A stretch of 64,000 nt of DNA from Octopus sinensis (lineage: Eukaryota): the NCBI RefSeq assembly GCF_006345805.1, contig NC_043024.1:8990001-9054000 (forward strand), written 5' to 3'. The translations under genes were made by a program, and so were the position numbers. Below, one piece after another: positions 47,678-60,707 of the stretch; within the stretch, counting starts at the first letter, position 1, and every line of letters begins with the position of its first letter. Below the pieces are notes generated by a model. The model searched no databases and had not been told where the DNA came from. It was given only the letters and a program-made list of their open reading frames with translations.

Positions 47678-47788
47678 TTGCATGTATGTATGTAAGAATG
47701 TATGTAAGAATGTATGTATGTATGTATGTATGTATGTATGTATGTATGTATGTATGTACGTATGTATGTATGTGTGTATGTATGTATG

Positions 47789-47819
<31 letters not shown>

Positions 47820-47845
47820 GAATGCATGTATGTATGTATGCATGT

Positions 47846-50790
47846 ATCATCATCATCATCATCATTGTTTAACATCCGTTCTCCATGCTAGCATTGATTG
47901 GATGGTTCAACTGGGGTCTGTGAAGCCAGAAGGCTGCATCATGCCCAGTCTGATCTGGCAATGTTTCTACAGCTGGGTGCCCTTCCTAACGCCAACCACT
48001 CCGTGAGTGTAGTGGGTGCTTTTTACGTCCCACCCGCACAGTTGCTAGACGGAGCCGGCAAACGGCCATGGACGGATGGTGCTTTTTACATGCCACTGGC
48101 ACGGGGGCCAGACGAGGCTGGCAACGGCCACGAAAGGATGGTGCTATGGGCCACCAGCATGGGGGCCAGGCGAGGCTGGCAACGGCCACGAACAGATGGT
48201 GCTTTTTACGTGACAGTGGCATGAAGGCCAGTCGGGGCTGCGCTGGCAACGGCCATGATCGGATGGTTCACTTCCTTGGCACCGGCACTGGTATCACAGC
48301 TGCAATTTCCATTGATGTTGATCGACATTGATTTTGGTTCTGCTTTCTGATATCTGATTTGATTTGGTTTGATTTTGATTTTGATTTTCACTTGCCTCAA
48401 CGGGTCTTCACAAGTGGAGTTTTGTGTCCCAAGAAGGAAAGGTATGTATAAGTCGACTGGCTACATGCCAGGTAGAGGCCACGGGTTATGGTCTCACTAG
48501 TCTTGCCGGGTCTTCTCATGCACAGCATACTTCCATAGGTCTCGGTCTCTAGTCATTTCCTTTGTGAGACTTAAAGTTCGAAGGTCGTGCTTCACCACCT
48601 CGTCCCAGGTTTTCCTGGGTCTACCTCTTCCACAGGTTCCCTCAACTGCTAGTGTGTGGCACTTTTGCACACAACTATCTTCAGCTATTCTCGTCACATG
48701 ACCATACCAGCGCAAACGTCTCTCTTGCACACAACAACTAATGCTTCTTAGGTCCAACTTTTCTCTCAAAGTACTTACACTCTGTCGATTATGAACACTG
48801 ACATTACACGACCATCGGAGCATATTGGCTTCATTTCTTGCGAGCTTACGCATATCCACAGCAGTCACAGCCCGTGTTTCACTACCATGTAGCATGGCTG
48901 TTCATACACATGCTTCATACAGTCTGCCTTTTACTCTGAGCGAGAGGCCTTTTGTCACCAGCAGGGGTAAGAGCTCTCTAAACTTTGCCCAGGCTATTCT
49001 TACTCTAGCAGGTACACTTTCAGCACACCCACCCCCGCTACTGACTTGGTCACCTAGGTAGCGGAAGCTATCAACTACTTCTAGTTTTTCACCCTGGAAC
49101 GTGGTAGAAGTTGGTCTCTGCACAATATCAGTGTTTATTGCTCCTGAGCGTCTGCCACAGACAAAAACTATTTTCCTAGTTAGCCTTCCTTTGACATTGC
49201 TACACCTCTTATGTGTCCAGAGCTTACACTTGGTGCACATTATAGAGTTTCTACCTACTACTGCCTTAACTACTAAGGAACTGTCAACTCGGATTGCTGG
49301 TCCCTCTGTTGGGTCAACATTCGGCAGACTCTCTTTATCCCATTCATTTTCCTCATTCAGTAACCTTTCATAGTGGCGTCTCCAAACCTCTCTCTTTGCA
49401 TCCTCATTTAGTGCAAGTGCACTGTCAACCTTGCGAACACATTTCTCTCCTACCACGTCACGATTCTCTCTCACACAGTCTTGCAACACGAAATACCTCA
49501 AGTCTTTCATCCACACGGCGCAGGACATTGGCAAATTATTTCTTCCCTGCTTCCCCTCTGGCTAAATACACCTGCCTCCTAGCTTCCCTTCTGGCAGTCT
49601 GATACACTTCCCTGCTACCACCGTTCTTCCAGTCCTTCCAAGCCTGTTTCTTTTGTCTAATAGCCCTGTCAACTATATTGTTCCACCACCACGTTATTTT
49701 GGGTCTTGAGGGGACTTTGCACCAGCCACAGATCTGGTCAGTGGCTTTCAGCAGGTTGTCCCTTAGAAGCGTCCAGTTGTCTTCTACCCCATGTGTAGCT
49801 ATACCTCCTTCTATTTCGTCAAAGGCTTCAAGTAACATGTCCCTAAATCTCTGTCCATTTGCAAGGTCTTTAAGCTTCCAGACCCTTCTTCTCCATGTTG
49901 GTCGTCTTCTAGTCGTCCTCTTAGTCCTGATCCTAAAGTCACTAACTACCAGTCTATGTTGTGGGGTACATTCTTCGCCTGGGAAAGTTTCGGCATTTAT
50001 AAGCAGCCATCTTTCCCTTTTTCTGGCAAGGATGTAGTCGATTTGGCTAGTATGCCGGCCCGATCGGTAGGTGACCAGGTGGCTTGTCGGTTTCCTGAAG
50101 TTAGTGTTGCAAACCATAAGACTATTCGCATCGCAGAACTCCAGCAGCCTGGTTCCCTCCTCGTTGCGGGAACCATAGCCGTAGCCTCCATGTACGCCAT
50201 GGAAGCCCCCAGCATATCGTCCAACATGCCCATTGAAGTCATCAGCCACAAAGAGAAGGTCCCTGTCGTTCGTCAATGAGGTGGTCTGCAGTAGGGTGTC
50301 ATAGAAACGGTCTTTCTGTCCATCGGGTAGCCCTGGCTGAGGGGCATAGGCCGATATAATAGTTGCTAAACTATGATGGAGCACTAATCTAATCTTAAGT
50401 ATTCTGTCACATACTCTGACTACCTCGGTTACCTTATCTACCCATTTTTCGGCAATAAGTATACCCACACCCCGACCCCATCAGTATTCCAAGCCCAGAA
50501 AATCTTGTACCTCTGTCCTTTGCCTGTGAGGAACCTAGCAGAACCTCCTCTCCACCTCACTTCTTGAATGCAGCATATATCAACACACCTCCGTTCAAGC
50601 AATTCAACGATCTCGCCAGACCTGCCTTTCAGTGTGCCAACGTTGAGGGTGCCAACCCTGAGGGTGTGGGAGGTATTGGGCCTAGTAGCGTCATGAACCT
50701 GAAAAGAAAACTCGCGTTTGGCAGGATTCATAGACAAACAATAAAACTCAAGTTCCAACCGCGTACACTACACTAACATATCTTGCAATG
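47846..50790 (-). mobile_element. RTE-clade LINE, near full length, with AP endonuclease but an internal ~0.87 kb deletion of the RT core
   Basis: EN motifs GTLNVGTL, ICCIQEVRW, SAYAPQ, DFNGHVG, SQIDYIL and QHRLVVSDF. C-terminus LRWYGHV...GRGRPRKTW. (GAT)n tail at 47846. Fusion junction LVVKA|VVGRNS at ~49255. Confidence 0.92.
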
Positions 50791-51417
50791 AATGACCACT
50801 ACCTTTTATGGAAGGAGGTGGGGGTGGCGTAAGACTTTGAAGTGTACAAGGGAGACAACAAGGATGAGAAAATTTAGGACTTCCTGTACCGGTGGAGGGG
50901 GTGGGAAGGCGGGTGCACCGCGAATACTAGCAGCCATGTACGCCATTCCTTTCTTGGAAAGGAATTACTTATTAGTAGGTATAAAATACCTAAATTTGCG
51001 AGAGAGATATTTTGCCTATCTATGGGAAATGCGTGAGCTATATTTATCTTAGCGATAAGGAGCTATAAAATTATAAATATATTTATTCTATATTTAACGA
51101 GACGTGAGGATGATCGATAAGATTAGGGGTCGAGCTATAGGATTATATATATATTTAACACAAGACATGAGACATCGATATATTGAGATGAACTATAGAA
51201 TTATATATATATATAACACGAGGCGTGAGGCTGAAATAGACAAAGTCATAACAGAATAGAGATAAACAGGGGTAACGAAAGATCACAGAAATATTTCTGG
51301 TAGGTACGGGCTGAATGAAATTAATATTGCTTAGCCTGAATTCATTTTTTGGACGAAGTTGACAGCAACAGTTTGAATCAAAAAGTATGTATGTATGTAT
51401 GTATGTATGTAAGAATG

Positions 51418-51448
<31 letters not shown>

Positions 51449-51752
51449 GAATGCATGCATGCCAGTCAATTTTATTTCAAGATTTCTTGCCAATAAAGAA
51501 AGAGCCACTTTCTAACCTAGATTCTAGACTCATTCATTGGAATTTGAGGTATCTATCTATCTATCTATCTGTCTACCTACCTACCTACCTACCTATCTAT
51601 CTGTCTATCTATCTATCTACCTACCTACCTACCTATCTATCTGTGTATCTATCTATCTACGTACCTACCTACCTACCTACCTATCTATCTATCTACCTAC
51701 CTACCTACCTATCTGTCTGTCTATCTATCTATCTACCTACCTACCTACCTAC

Positions 51753-51783
<31 letters not shown>

Positions 51784-51984
51784 CCTACCTACCTACCTAC
51801 CTACCTACCTTCCTACCTACATACCTACCTACCTACCTACCTACCTACACAGGTTATTTGGGTTTCTCTAGGAGTCCCTTTTTAAAGTAGAAGAAATAGC
51901 TAAAAGTTTTTGGCTGTTATTTCTAAACTTTGGTATGTGGTAAAGCAAATCTTTGGTGAACCCTTTTAATAAGTATATACATAG

Positions 51985-52148
51985 GCATTGGAGTGGCTGT
52001 GTGGTAAGTAGCTTGTTTACCAACCACATGGTCTCTGGTTCAGTCCCACTGCATGGTACCTTGAGCAATTGTCTTCTACTATAGCCTCGGGCTGACCAAT
52101 GCCTTGTGAGTAGATTTGGTAGAAGGAAACTGAAAGAAGCCCGTCGTA

Positions 52149-52196
<48 letters not shown>

Positions 52197-52635
52197 TAGA
52201 TAGATAGATAGGCTTAGGAGTGGCTGTGTGGTATGCAGCTTGCTAACCAACCACATAGTTCCGGGTTCAGTCCCACTGCGTGGCATCTTCTGTCTTCTGC
52301 TATAGCACCAGGCCGACCAATACCTTCTGAGTGGATTTGGTAGACGGAAACTGAAATATGCCTGTAGTATATATGTATTTATATATGTGTGTATGTGTGT
52401 GTGTGTTTGTGTGTCTGTGTTTTTCCCCCTTGCATTGCTTTACAACTGATGCTGGTGTGTTTACGTCCCCGTCACTTAGCAGTTCGGCAAAAGAGTCCGA
52501 TAGAATAAGTAATGGGCTTACAAAGACTATGTCCTGGTGTTGATTTGCTCGCCTAAAGGCGGTGCTGCAGCATGGCCGCAGTCAAAATGACTGAAACAAG
52601 TAAAAGAGAATATATATATATATATATATGTATAT

Positions 52636-52691
<56 letters not shown>

Positions 52692-53170
52692 TTGTGTGTG
52701 TGTGTGTTTGTTCGCCTAGCATTGCTTGACAACCGATGCTGGTGTGTTTATGTCCCCGCTACTTAACGGTTCAGCGAAAGAGACTGACAGAATAAGTACT
52801 GGACTTACAAAAGAATAAATCCCGGGGTCGAGTTGCTCTATTAAAGGCGGTGCTCCAGCATGGCCGCTGTCAAATGACTGAAACAACTAAAAGATTAAAA
52901 GAGAAAGAGTAATATATATATATATATATATAGGCATAGGAGTGGTTGTGTGGTAAGTAGCTTGATAACGAACCACATGGCTCCGGGTTCAGTCCCACTA
53001 TATGGCACCTTGGGCAAGTGTCTTCTACTATAGCCTTGGGATGACCAAAGCCTTGTGAGTGGATTTGGTAGACGGAAACTGAAAGAAGCCTGTTGCATAT
53101 ATGTGTGTATATATATATATGTAATATGTATGTGTGTATATATTTGTGTGTCTGTGTTTGTACCCCCAAC
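51985..53170 (+). mobile_element. Cluster of SINE family 1 copies and halves
   Basis: Heads at ~51985, ~52212 and ~52932; 3' halves at ~52400-52610 and ~52700-52905. Confidence 0.8.
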
Positions 53171-54054
53171 ATCGCTTTCACGGAAGCATGCTGTTCCTTT
53201 GTTTCAGCCTTTGCAAACATCAACGAACAGGTGAGAAGCACTGTGAAAGAGAGATGTGCCACGTGGCAGTAGGACTAGACTTGTTGATGCCAGACAGCAG
53301 ACTGATGCCTGAGGGTCGCATCAAGTGACTTCTAGCAGCAGAAGCCTGAGCTACAACAGGCTTTTCTTTCACAGAGAATGTTTCTTATTTTTTATTGCCC
53401 ACAAGGGGCTAAACATAGAGGGCACAAACAAGGACAGACAAAGGGAGTAAGTCGATTATATCGACCCCAGTGCGTAACTGGTACTTAATTTATCGACCCT
53501 GAAAGGATGAAACACAAAGTCGACCTTGGCGGAATTTGAACTCAGAATGTAAAGACAGACAAAATACCTATTTCTTTACTACCCTCAAGGGTCTAAACAC
53601 AGAGAGGACAATCAAGTACAGACAAAGGGATTAAGTCGATTACATCGACCCCAATGCATAACTGATACTTAATTTATTGACTCCGAAAGGATGAAAGGCA
53701 AAGTCGACCACGGTGGAATTTGAACTCAGAACGTAACGGCAGACGACATACTGCTGAGCATTTCACAGGCATACAAACGTTTCTGCCAGCTCGCCACATC
53801 ACAGAGCCCGTGTCTGGTGACTTTTGTGTAGCCCTTGTATGTATACATGCAAACAGAGAAACAGCAAACTCTGCAGATTTTCGCATCATGAATGTTTACG
53901 TATAAATTTGGGTTAACCATAAATATTCGTATATCTACACAATACACTATCATTTTCAGCCAGTTATTTCCCTCTGGTATTTGTGTATCAAATTATGCTG
54001 TCGTATTGAATTTAACTGCATAATTGTTCCCATGTCTGTCTGTCTGTCTGTCTG

Positions 54055-54398
54055 TCTGTAAGTAAGTAAGTAAGTATGTATGTATGTATGTATGTAAGAA
54101 TGCATGTATGTATGTATGTAAGAATGTACGTAAGAATGTATGTATGTATGTATGTGTGTATGTATGTATGTATGTATGTATGTAAGAATGTATGTACGTA
54201 AGAATGTATGTATGCATGTATGCATGTATGTATGTAAGGATGCCCGTATGTATGTATGTATGTATGTATGTAAGAATTCATGTATGTATGTATGTAAGAA
54301 TGCATGTATGTATGTATGTATGTATGTATGTATGTATGTATGTGTGTATGCATGCATGTATGTATCTAAGAATGCATGTATGTATGTATATGTGTATG

Positions 54399-54429
<31 letters not shown>

Positions 54430-54702
54430 GAATGCATGTATGTATGTATATATGTTTGTATGTAAGAATGCATGTATGTGTGTATGTATGTAGGTATGTA
54501 TGCATGTATGTATGTAAGAATGTATGTATGTATGTATGTATGAAAGAATTCTTGTATGTATGTATGTATGTATGTATGTGTGTATGTATGTATGTATGTA
54601 AGAATGCATATATGTATGTATGCTTGAATATTAGTAAGAATGCTTGTATGTATATATGTACGTATGTATATAAGAATACATGTATTTTTGTATGTATGTA
54701 TG

Positions 54703-54733
<31 letters not shown>

Positions 54734-54885
54734 CAATGTATGTATGTATGTATGTATGTATATAAGAATACATGTATGTATGTATGTTAGAAGCATCTAT
54801 GTATGTATGTATGTACGTATGTATGTATGTTTGTATTTAAGAATGCATGTATGTATGTATGTATGTATGTATGTATGTATGTATT

Positions 54886-54919
<34 letters not shown>

Positions 54920-54925
54920 TGTATT

Positions 54926-54959
<34 letters not shown>

Positions 54960-55000
54960 TGTATTTATATATGTATGTATGTATGTAAGAATGCATGCAT
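54055..55000. repeat. (ATGT)n microsatellite; paralogous tracts at 47330-47845 and 51385-51460
   Basis: Directly visible. Confidence 0.95.
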
Positions 55001-55071
55001 GCAAGTCAATTTTATTTCATGATTTCTTGCCAATAAAGAAAGAGCCACTTTCTAACCTAGATCCTAGACTC

Positions 55072-57883
55072 ATCATCATCATCATCATCATTTAGCGTCC
55101 GCTTTCCATGCTAGCATGGGTTGGACGGTTCAACTGGGGTCTGTGAAGCCAGAAGGCTGCATCAGGCCCAGTCTGATCTGGCAGTGTTTCTACGGCTGGA
55201 TGCCCTTCCTAACGCCAATCACTCCGTGAGTGTAGTGAGTGCTTTTTACGTGCTACCTGCACAGGTGCCAGGCGGAGCTGGCAAACGGCCACGGATGGAT
55301 GGTGCTTTTTACGTGCCACCGGCACGGGGACCAGGCAGGGCTGGCAATGGCCACAAACGGATGGTGCTTTTTATGTACCACCGGCATGGGGGCCAGGCGA
55401 GGCTGGCAACGTCCACGAACGAATGGTGCTTTTTACGTGCCACCGGCACGGAGGCCAGTCGGGGCGGCACTGGCAACGGCCACGATCGGATGGTTCGCTT
55501 ACTTGTCACCGGCACTGGTATCACAGCTGCAATTTCCATTGATGTTGATCGGCTTTGATTTTGGTTCTGCTTTCTGATATCTGATTTGATTTGGTTTGAT
55601 TTTGATTTTGATTTTCACTTGCCTCAACGGGTCTTCACAAGTGGAGTTTTGTGTCCCAAGAAGGAAAGGTATGTATAAATCGACTGGCTACATACCAGGT
55701 AGAGGCCACGGGTTATGGTCTCAATAGTCTTGCCGGGTCTTCTCATGCACAGCATACTTCCATAGGTCTCGGTCTCTAGTCATTTCCTTAGTGAGACCTA
55801 AAGTTCAAAGGTCGTGCTTCACCACCTCGTCCCAGGTTTTCCTGGGTCTACCTCTTCCACAGGTTCCCTCAACTGCTAGGGTGTGGCACTTTTGCACACA
55901 ACTATCTTCAGCCATTCTCGTCACATGACCATACCAGCGCAAACGTCTCTCTTGTACACCACAACTGATGCTTCTTAGGTCCAACTTTTCTCTCAAGGTA
56001 CTTACACTCTGTCGATTATGAACACTGACATTACACATCCATCGGAGCAGTCACAGCCCATGTTTCACTACCATGTAGCATGGCTGTACGTACACATGCA
56101 TCATACAGTCTGCCTTTTACTCTGAGCGAGAGGCCTTTTGTCACCAGCAGGGGTAAGAGCTCTCTAAACTTTGCCCAGGCTATTCTTACTCTAGCAGTTA
56201 CACTTTCAGCACACCCATCCCCGCTACTGACTTGGTCACCTAGGTAGCGGAAGCTATCAACTACTTCTAGTTTTTCTCCCTGGAACGTGGTAGAAGTTGG
56301 TCTCTGCACATTTTCAGTGTTTATTGCTCCTGAGCATCTGCCACAGACAAAAACTATTTTCCTAGTTAGCCTTCCTTTGACATTGCTGCACCTCTTATGT
56401 GTCCATAGCTTACACTTGGTGCACCTTATAGAGTTTCTACCTACACCTTTTTTACAGATCGAGCAGGGCCATCTACCTGAAGGCGTTTGTGATTGGTCTA
56501 CCTTCCTACTTATTAGGACTTTGGTTTTGGCTAGGTTGATTCTAAGGCCCTTCGATTCTAATCCTTGCTTCCACACCTGAAACTTCTCCTCCAGTTCTGA
56601 TAGTGACTCAGCAATTAGAGCAAGGCCATCAGCATAGAGGAGCTCCCAGGGGCATCCTGTCTTGAATTCCTCCGTTATTGCCTGGAGGACTATTATGAAT
56701 AGGGGGGGACTGAGGACTGAACCTTGGTGGACCCCAACCTCTACCCAGAATTCTTCACTGTACTTGTTGCCAACCCTCACCTTACTAGCAGCGTCTCTGT
56801 ACATGGCTCGCACAGCTCTCACTAACCATTCATCTATCCATAGTTTCCTCATTGACCACCAGATAAGGGATCGGAGGACCCTGTCGAAGGCTTTCTCCAT
56901 GTCAACAAAAGCCAGGTACAGGGGCTTATCTTTGGCTAGGTATTTCTCCTGCAGCTGTCTTACCAGGAATATAGCATCAGTAGTACTTTTCCCTGTCACG
57001 AACCCAAACTACATCTCATCTAAGCTAACTCTCTCTCTAATTAGTTCGGCTATAACCCTCTCCATAACCTTCATTACCTGATCCAGCAGCTTGATGCCCC
57101 TGTAGTTATTTGTATCTAGGGCGTCACCATTACCTTTGTAGCAGTTGACTATTATGCTGCTACACCAGTCATTGGGTATGACTCCTTCGTGTATCACCTG
57201 GTTAACTATACGGATGACTAGGCTATAGCCAACACTTCAAGATATTTTGAGCATCTCTGCAGTAATTCATGATGGGCCTGGGGCTTTCCCTGTTTTCATG
57301 CTTGTAATTGCCTTAACTACTAAGGAACTATCAACTCGGATTGCTGGTCCCTCTGTTGGGTTGACATTCGGCAGACTCTCTTTATCCCATTCATTTTCCT
57401 CATTCAGCAACCTTTCATAGTGGCGTCTCCAAACCTCTCTCTTTGCATCCTCATTTAGTGCAAGTGAACCGTCATCCTTGCGAACACATTTCTCTCCTAC
57501 CATGTCACGATTCTCTCTCACACACTGTCTTGCAACACGAAATACCTCAAGTCTTTCATCCTCACGGCGCAGGACATTGGCAAATTATTTCTTATCTGCT
57601 TCCCCTCTGGCTAAATACACCTGCCTCCTAGCTTCCCTTCTGGCAGTCTGATACACTTCCCTGCTACCACCGTTCTTCCAGTCCTTCCAAGCCTGTTTCT
57701 TTTGTCTAATAACCCTGTCAACAATATTGTTCCACCACCACGTTATTTTGGGTCTTGAGGGGACTTTGCACCAGCCACAGATCTGGTCAGTGGCTTTCAG
57801 CAGGTTGTCCCTTAGAAGCGTCCAGTTGTCTTCTACCCCAAGTGTAGCTATACCCCCTTCTATTTCGTCAAAGGCCTCAAGTA
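55072..57883 (-). mobile_element. RTE-clade LINE, 5'-truncated, RT core present but catalytic YADD reads YADG
   Basis: RT motifs NYRGIKLL, AFVDMEKAFDRV, GVHQGSVLSP, YADG and FRYLG. (GAT)n tail at 55072. Same family as 47846-50790. Confidence 0.93.
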
Positions 57884-57949
57884 TTGAATTCATTGGAATT
57901 TGAACATCAACAGCCTATCTATCTATATATCTATCTGCCTATCTATCTA

Positions 57950-57982
<33 letters not shown>

Positions 57983-58173
57983 TTATCTATCTACCTACCT
58001 ACCTATCTGTCTGTCTGTCTATCTATCTATCTGTCTGTCTGTATATCTATCTATCTATCTATCTGCCTGTCTATCTATCTATCTATCTACCTCTCTCTCT
58101 ATCTCTATCTACCTATTTCTCTATCTCTGTCTCTCTATGTATGTATGTATGTATGTATGTATGTATGTATGTA

Positions 58174-58207
<34 letters not shown>

Positions 58208-58319
58208 AATGTATGTATGTATGTGTATTTATATATGTATGTGTAGATTTGTATATTTTGTTTTATGTATGTATTCTCATGCATATAGTTACATATCTAG
58301 ACATGTTCATATATATTTA

Positions 58320-60010
58320 AACGATAAACTTCTGGAAAATTTTACAGATTTTTACAGTTCCAATGATAGATTAGATCTGTAGTCTTCGAATTAGCTTTCT
58401 CCTTTCTGGTTTTGAGAAGCCTAATTTCTCAAGATTTGTATTTAGGCAGTGTGTTACATATCCCAGGGCCCCAATATTTACAGGTATAAGCCTGAACTTG
58501 TAATCTGGGTAGAGTAACTACAGATTTCTCAACAGTTCAGCATAGGTATTTTCTTTTTCACTGATCTTCAGCTTTATGTTAACATCCGCTGGGCAGCTAA
58601 TTTCCAGAACTGTTCACAGTTTCTCTTCTCTATCCCAAATAATTATATTGTATAATAATTATACACAGATGCGGGAACATGCGTCGAACTCCCTTGTTGA
58701 TCAAGTGCCACGTATCAGAGGTGGTTTCACATACTAGTGTAGCTCATTCAACGGTGGTTAAGTTAAGTTAAGTTAAGTTAATTTTTTGGCTCAAAAAGCA
58801 AAAAGCAAGGCCAGGTAGGGGGACATGGAGTTATGTACAGGGAGGGTGTTCATGCAAAGAGTTCAGGCCATTTCTGGTCAAGAGAGACTTTGAACCGAGC
58901 GGTCGTCGGCATCTTCACTATCTCGTCCGGCAGCTTATTCCACGGATCCACAACCCGGACGGAGAAAGCCCCTCTCCTTCGATTGAGATGAAATCGTCGC
59001 AGATAGAGCTTTTCAGAGTGACCCCGCAGCCGACGCTCTGGAGCAGAAGTGAAGAACAGCTCTTTCGAGAGGTTACACTTTCCGCTTATGATGTTGTGAG
59101 CGAGAATGAAATCACCACGGCGGCGTCGTTTTTCTAGAGAATAAAGGCCGAGCGTCTTCAGCCTTTCTTCATAAGACAAATGCTTGAGACCAAGAACCAT
59201 GCGGGTAGCCAGCTTCTGGACTCTTTCGAGATGATGTATGTCTTTGAGGGTGCATGGCCGCAGCTTTCGCGCTGAAACATTTTTAAGGATTTTAGGTCTT
59301 TTGTGCTAACATTTTATTGAGTTTTTCACTGGGACATTCCACCAGAACTTTTTATTATGAGTGGCTATGGCTTCTACCCTACTGTGTGCTCTTATTTCTT
59401 TGTCCTTGGGGTTATCCTTCTGATGGATTTCATTATAGTGTCCTAATTACATCATGTCTCATTGGTAGATAATACTGTGATGACATTTTCAGACAACTGC
59501 TTATGATGTGGGTGATATTTTCAGTGTTAACTCCGCAAATTCTGCATCGTTTGTCTCATTTTACTGCTTTTCCTGCATCTCTATCCCTTTTGTGTATCAG
59601 ATATTTGGTTGATATTTCCTGTTCTTGGATTGCAAAGGCTGTGTGGTTAGGGAGCTTGCTTCCTAACTTCATGGTTTCGGGTTCAGTCCCACTGCGTGGC
59701 ACTTTGGGTAGGTGTCTTCCGCTATAGCCCCGAGCCAACCGAAGCTTTGTGATTGAATTTGGTAGGCGGAAGTTACTGCCGTGTGTGTATGTGTGCATTT
59801 AGCTGCTCAGTGCCTCTCCAAAAGAGAGAGAGAGGGATACCCTTCAGAGTGGGAGGTAGTAATCCCGTTGATGGTCCAGGATTAACTGCTCTGATGATCC
59901 ATATTACTTTCATCTCAGAGCTTTCTACTGACATATCTATGCATATTCTTCTGCTCATATAGGTTCATCCATTTTTCTGAATTCCGAGAAAAACTACAGG
60001 CATAAATTTC
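58320..60010 (-). mobile_element. R4/Dong-like non-LTR retrotransposon remnant (CCHC plus restriction-like endonuclease), interrupted by a CR1 fragment and a SINE
   Basis: My manual minus-strand translation: SHSEGY...AIQEQEISTKYL (split by the SINE at ~59630-59800), CRICGVNTENITHIISSC...RHDVIR, FWWNVPV, and EISCPADVNIKLKISEKENTYAEL...LYPDYKFRLIPVNIGALG. In-frame stops present. Confidence 0.75.
58757..59270 (-). mobile_element. CR1-type LINE 3' fragment nested in the R4-like element
   Basis: ORF 58850-59200 LSYEERLKTLGLYSLEKRR.RGD...RLRGHS...FSVRVVDPWNKLP; (CTTAA)n tail at ~58758-58782. Confidence 0.85.
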
Positions 60011-60707
60011 AAAGAAAACACCTACTTCATTCTATACCTGTGCAGGATAACGAATTCCTTCCCAGCGGACTCCTTTAGATATATGACAAAGTGGTCCCAC
60101 TTGAAACCGACTGGGTGCTTCGAAGAAGCGAGGAGCCTGGTCGGAGAGAAAAGCCCATGACTAAATTGTTGTATTTTTGTGTAAGAGGTTTATTGCCTCA
60201 AAAGGGCTTTTATAATGCAAAAGGTAAGAGGGTTATTGCCTCGCTAATGTGTTTTTTCTTCTTACTGAACTGTGTAAGAAGTTTATTGCCTCAATGTGAC
60301 ATTTTAAAAAGAACAATGTTTTAGAGAAGTGAAAGTCGGCGGGCGCTTTTCATCTTCTCCCATCCATATCATTCATCTCCTTAATGTTTGTGTCCAGCCC
60401 ACAAACTTCCATACTCTGTGTACTGCCCTTGTGGCAAATTTAATGAAATAGAGAAGTTCTGTGTTCAGTTCCACTGTGTGACCCCATGGGCAACTTTCTT
60501 CTGCTATAGCGTCGAGCTGACCAAAGACTCATGAGTGGATTTGGTAGACAAAAACTGAAAGAAACTCATCATACAGATGGACTCATTATCCTTACATTGC
60601 ATCACACTTTGAAGGCTACGAATTTCCAATCCAAGAACAAAGTCAGAAAACAGCACAGCTCCCATGTTTACAAAGTCAGAAAACAGCTCAACTCCCATGA
60701 CTGTCGG

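Larger units (their letters stand above)
46690..58260. repeat. Direct segmental duplication: unit ~46690-51850 and unit ~53385-58260
   Basis: Shared order: SINE2 units, unique block (46975-47300 / 53730-54030), (ATGT)n, unique block GTCAATTTTATTTCA...CTAGACTC (51465-51540 / 55005-55071 plus 57888-57902), (ATCT)n. Confidence 0.8.

Noticed and set aside
50790-51372. Possible LTR (starts TGTTG on the minus strand) next to the RTE 5' end
   Set aside because: No second LTR, clear PBS or TSD found; it could be LINE 5' UTR or an unrelated repeat.
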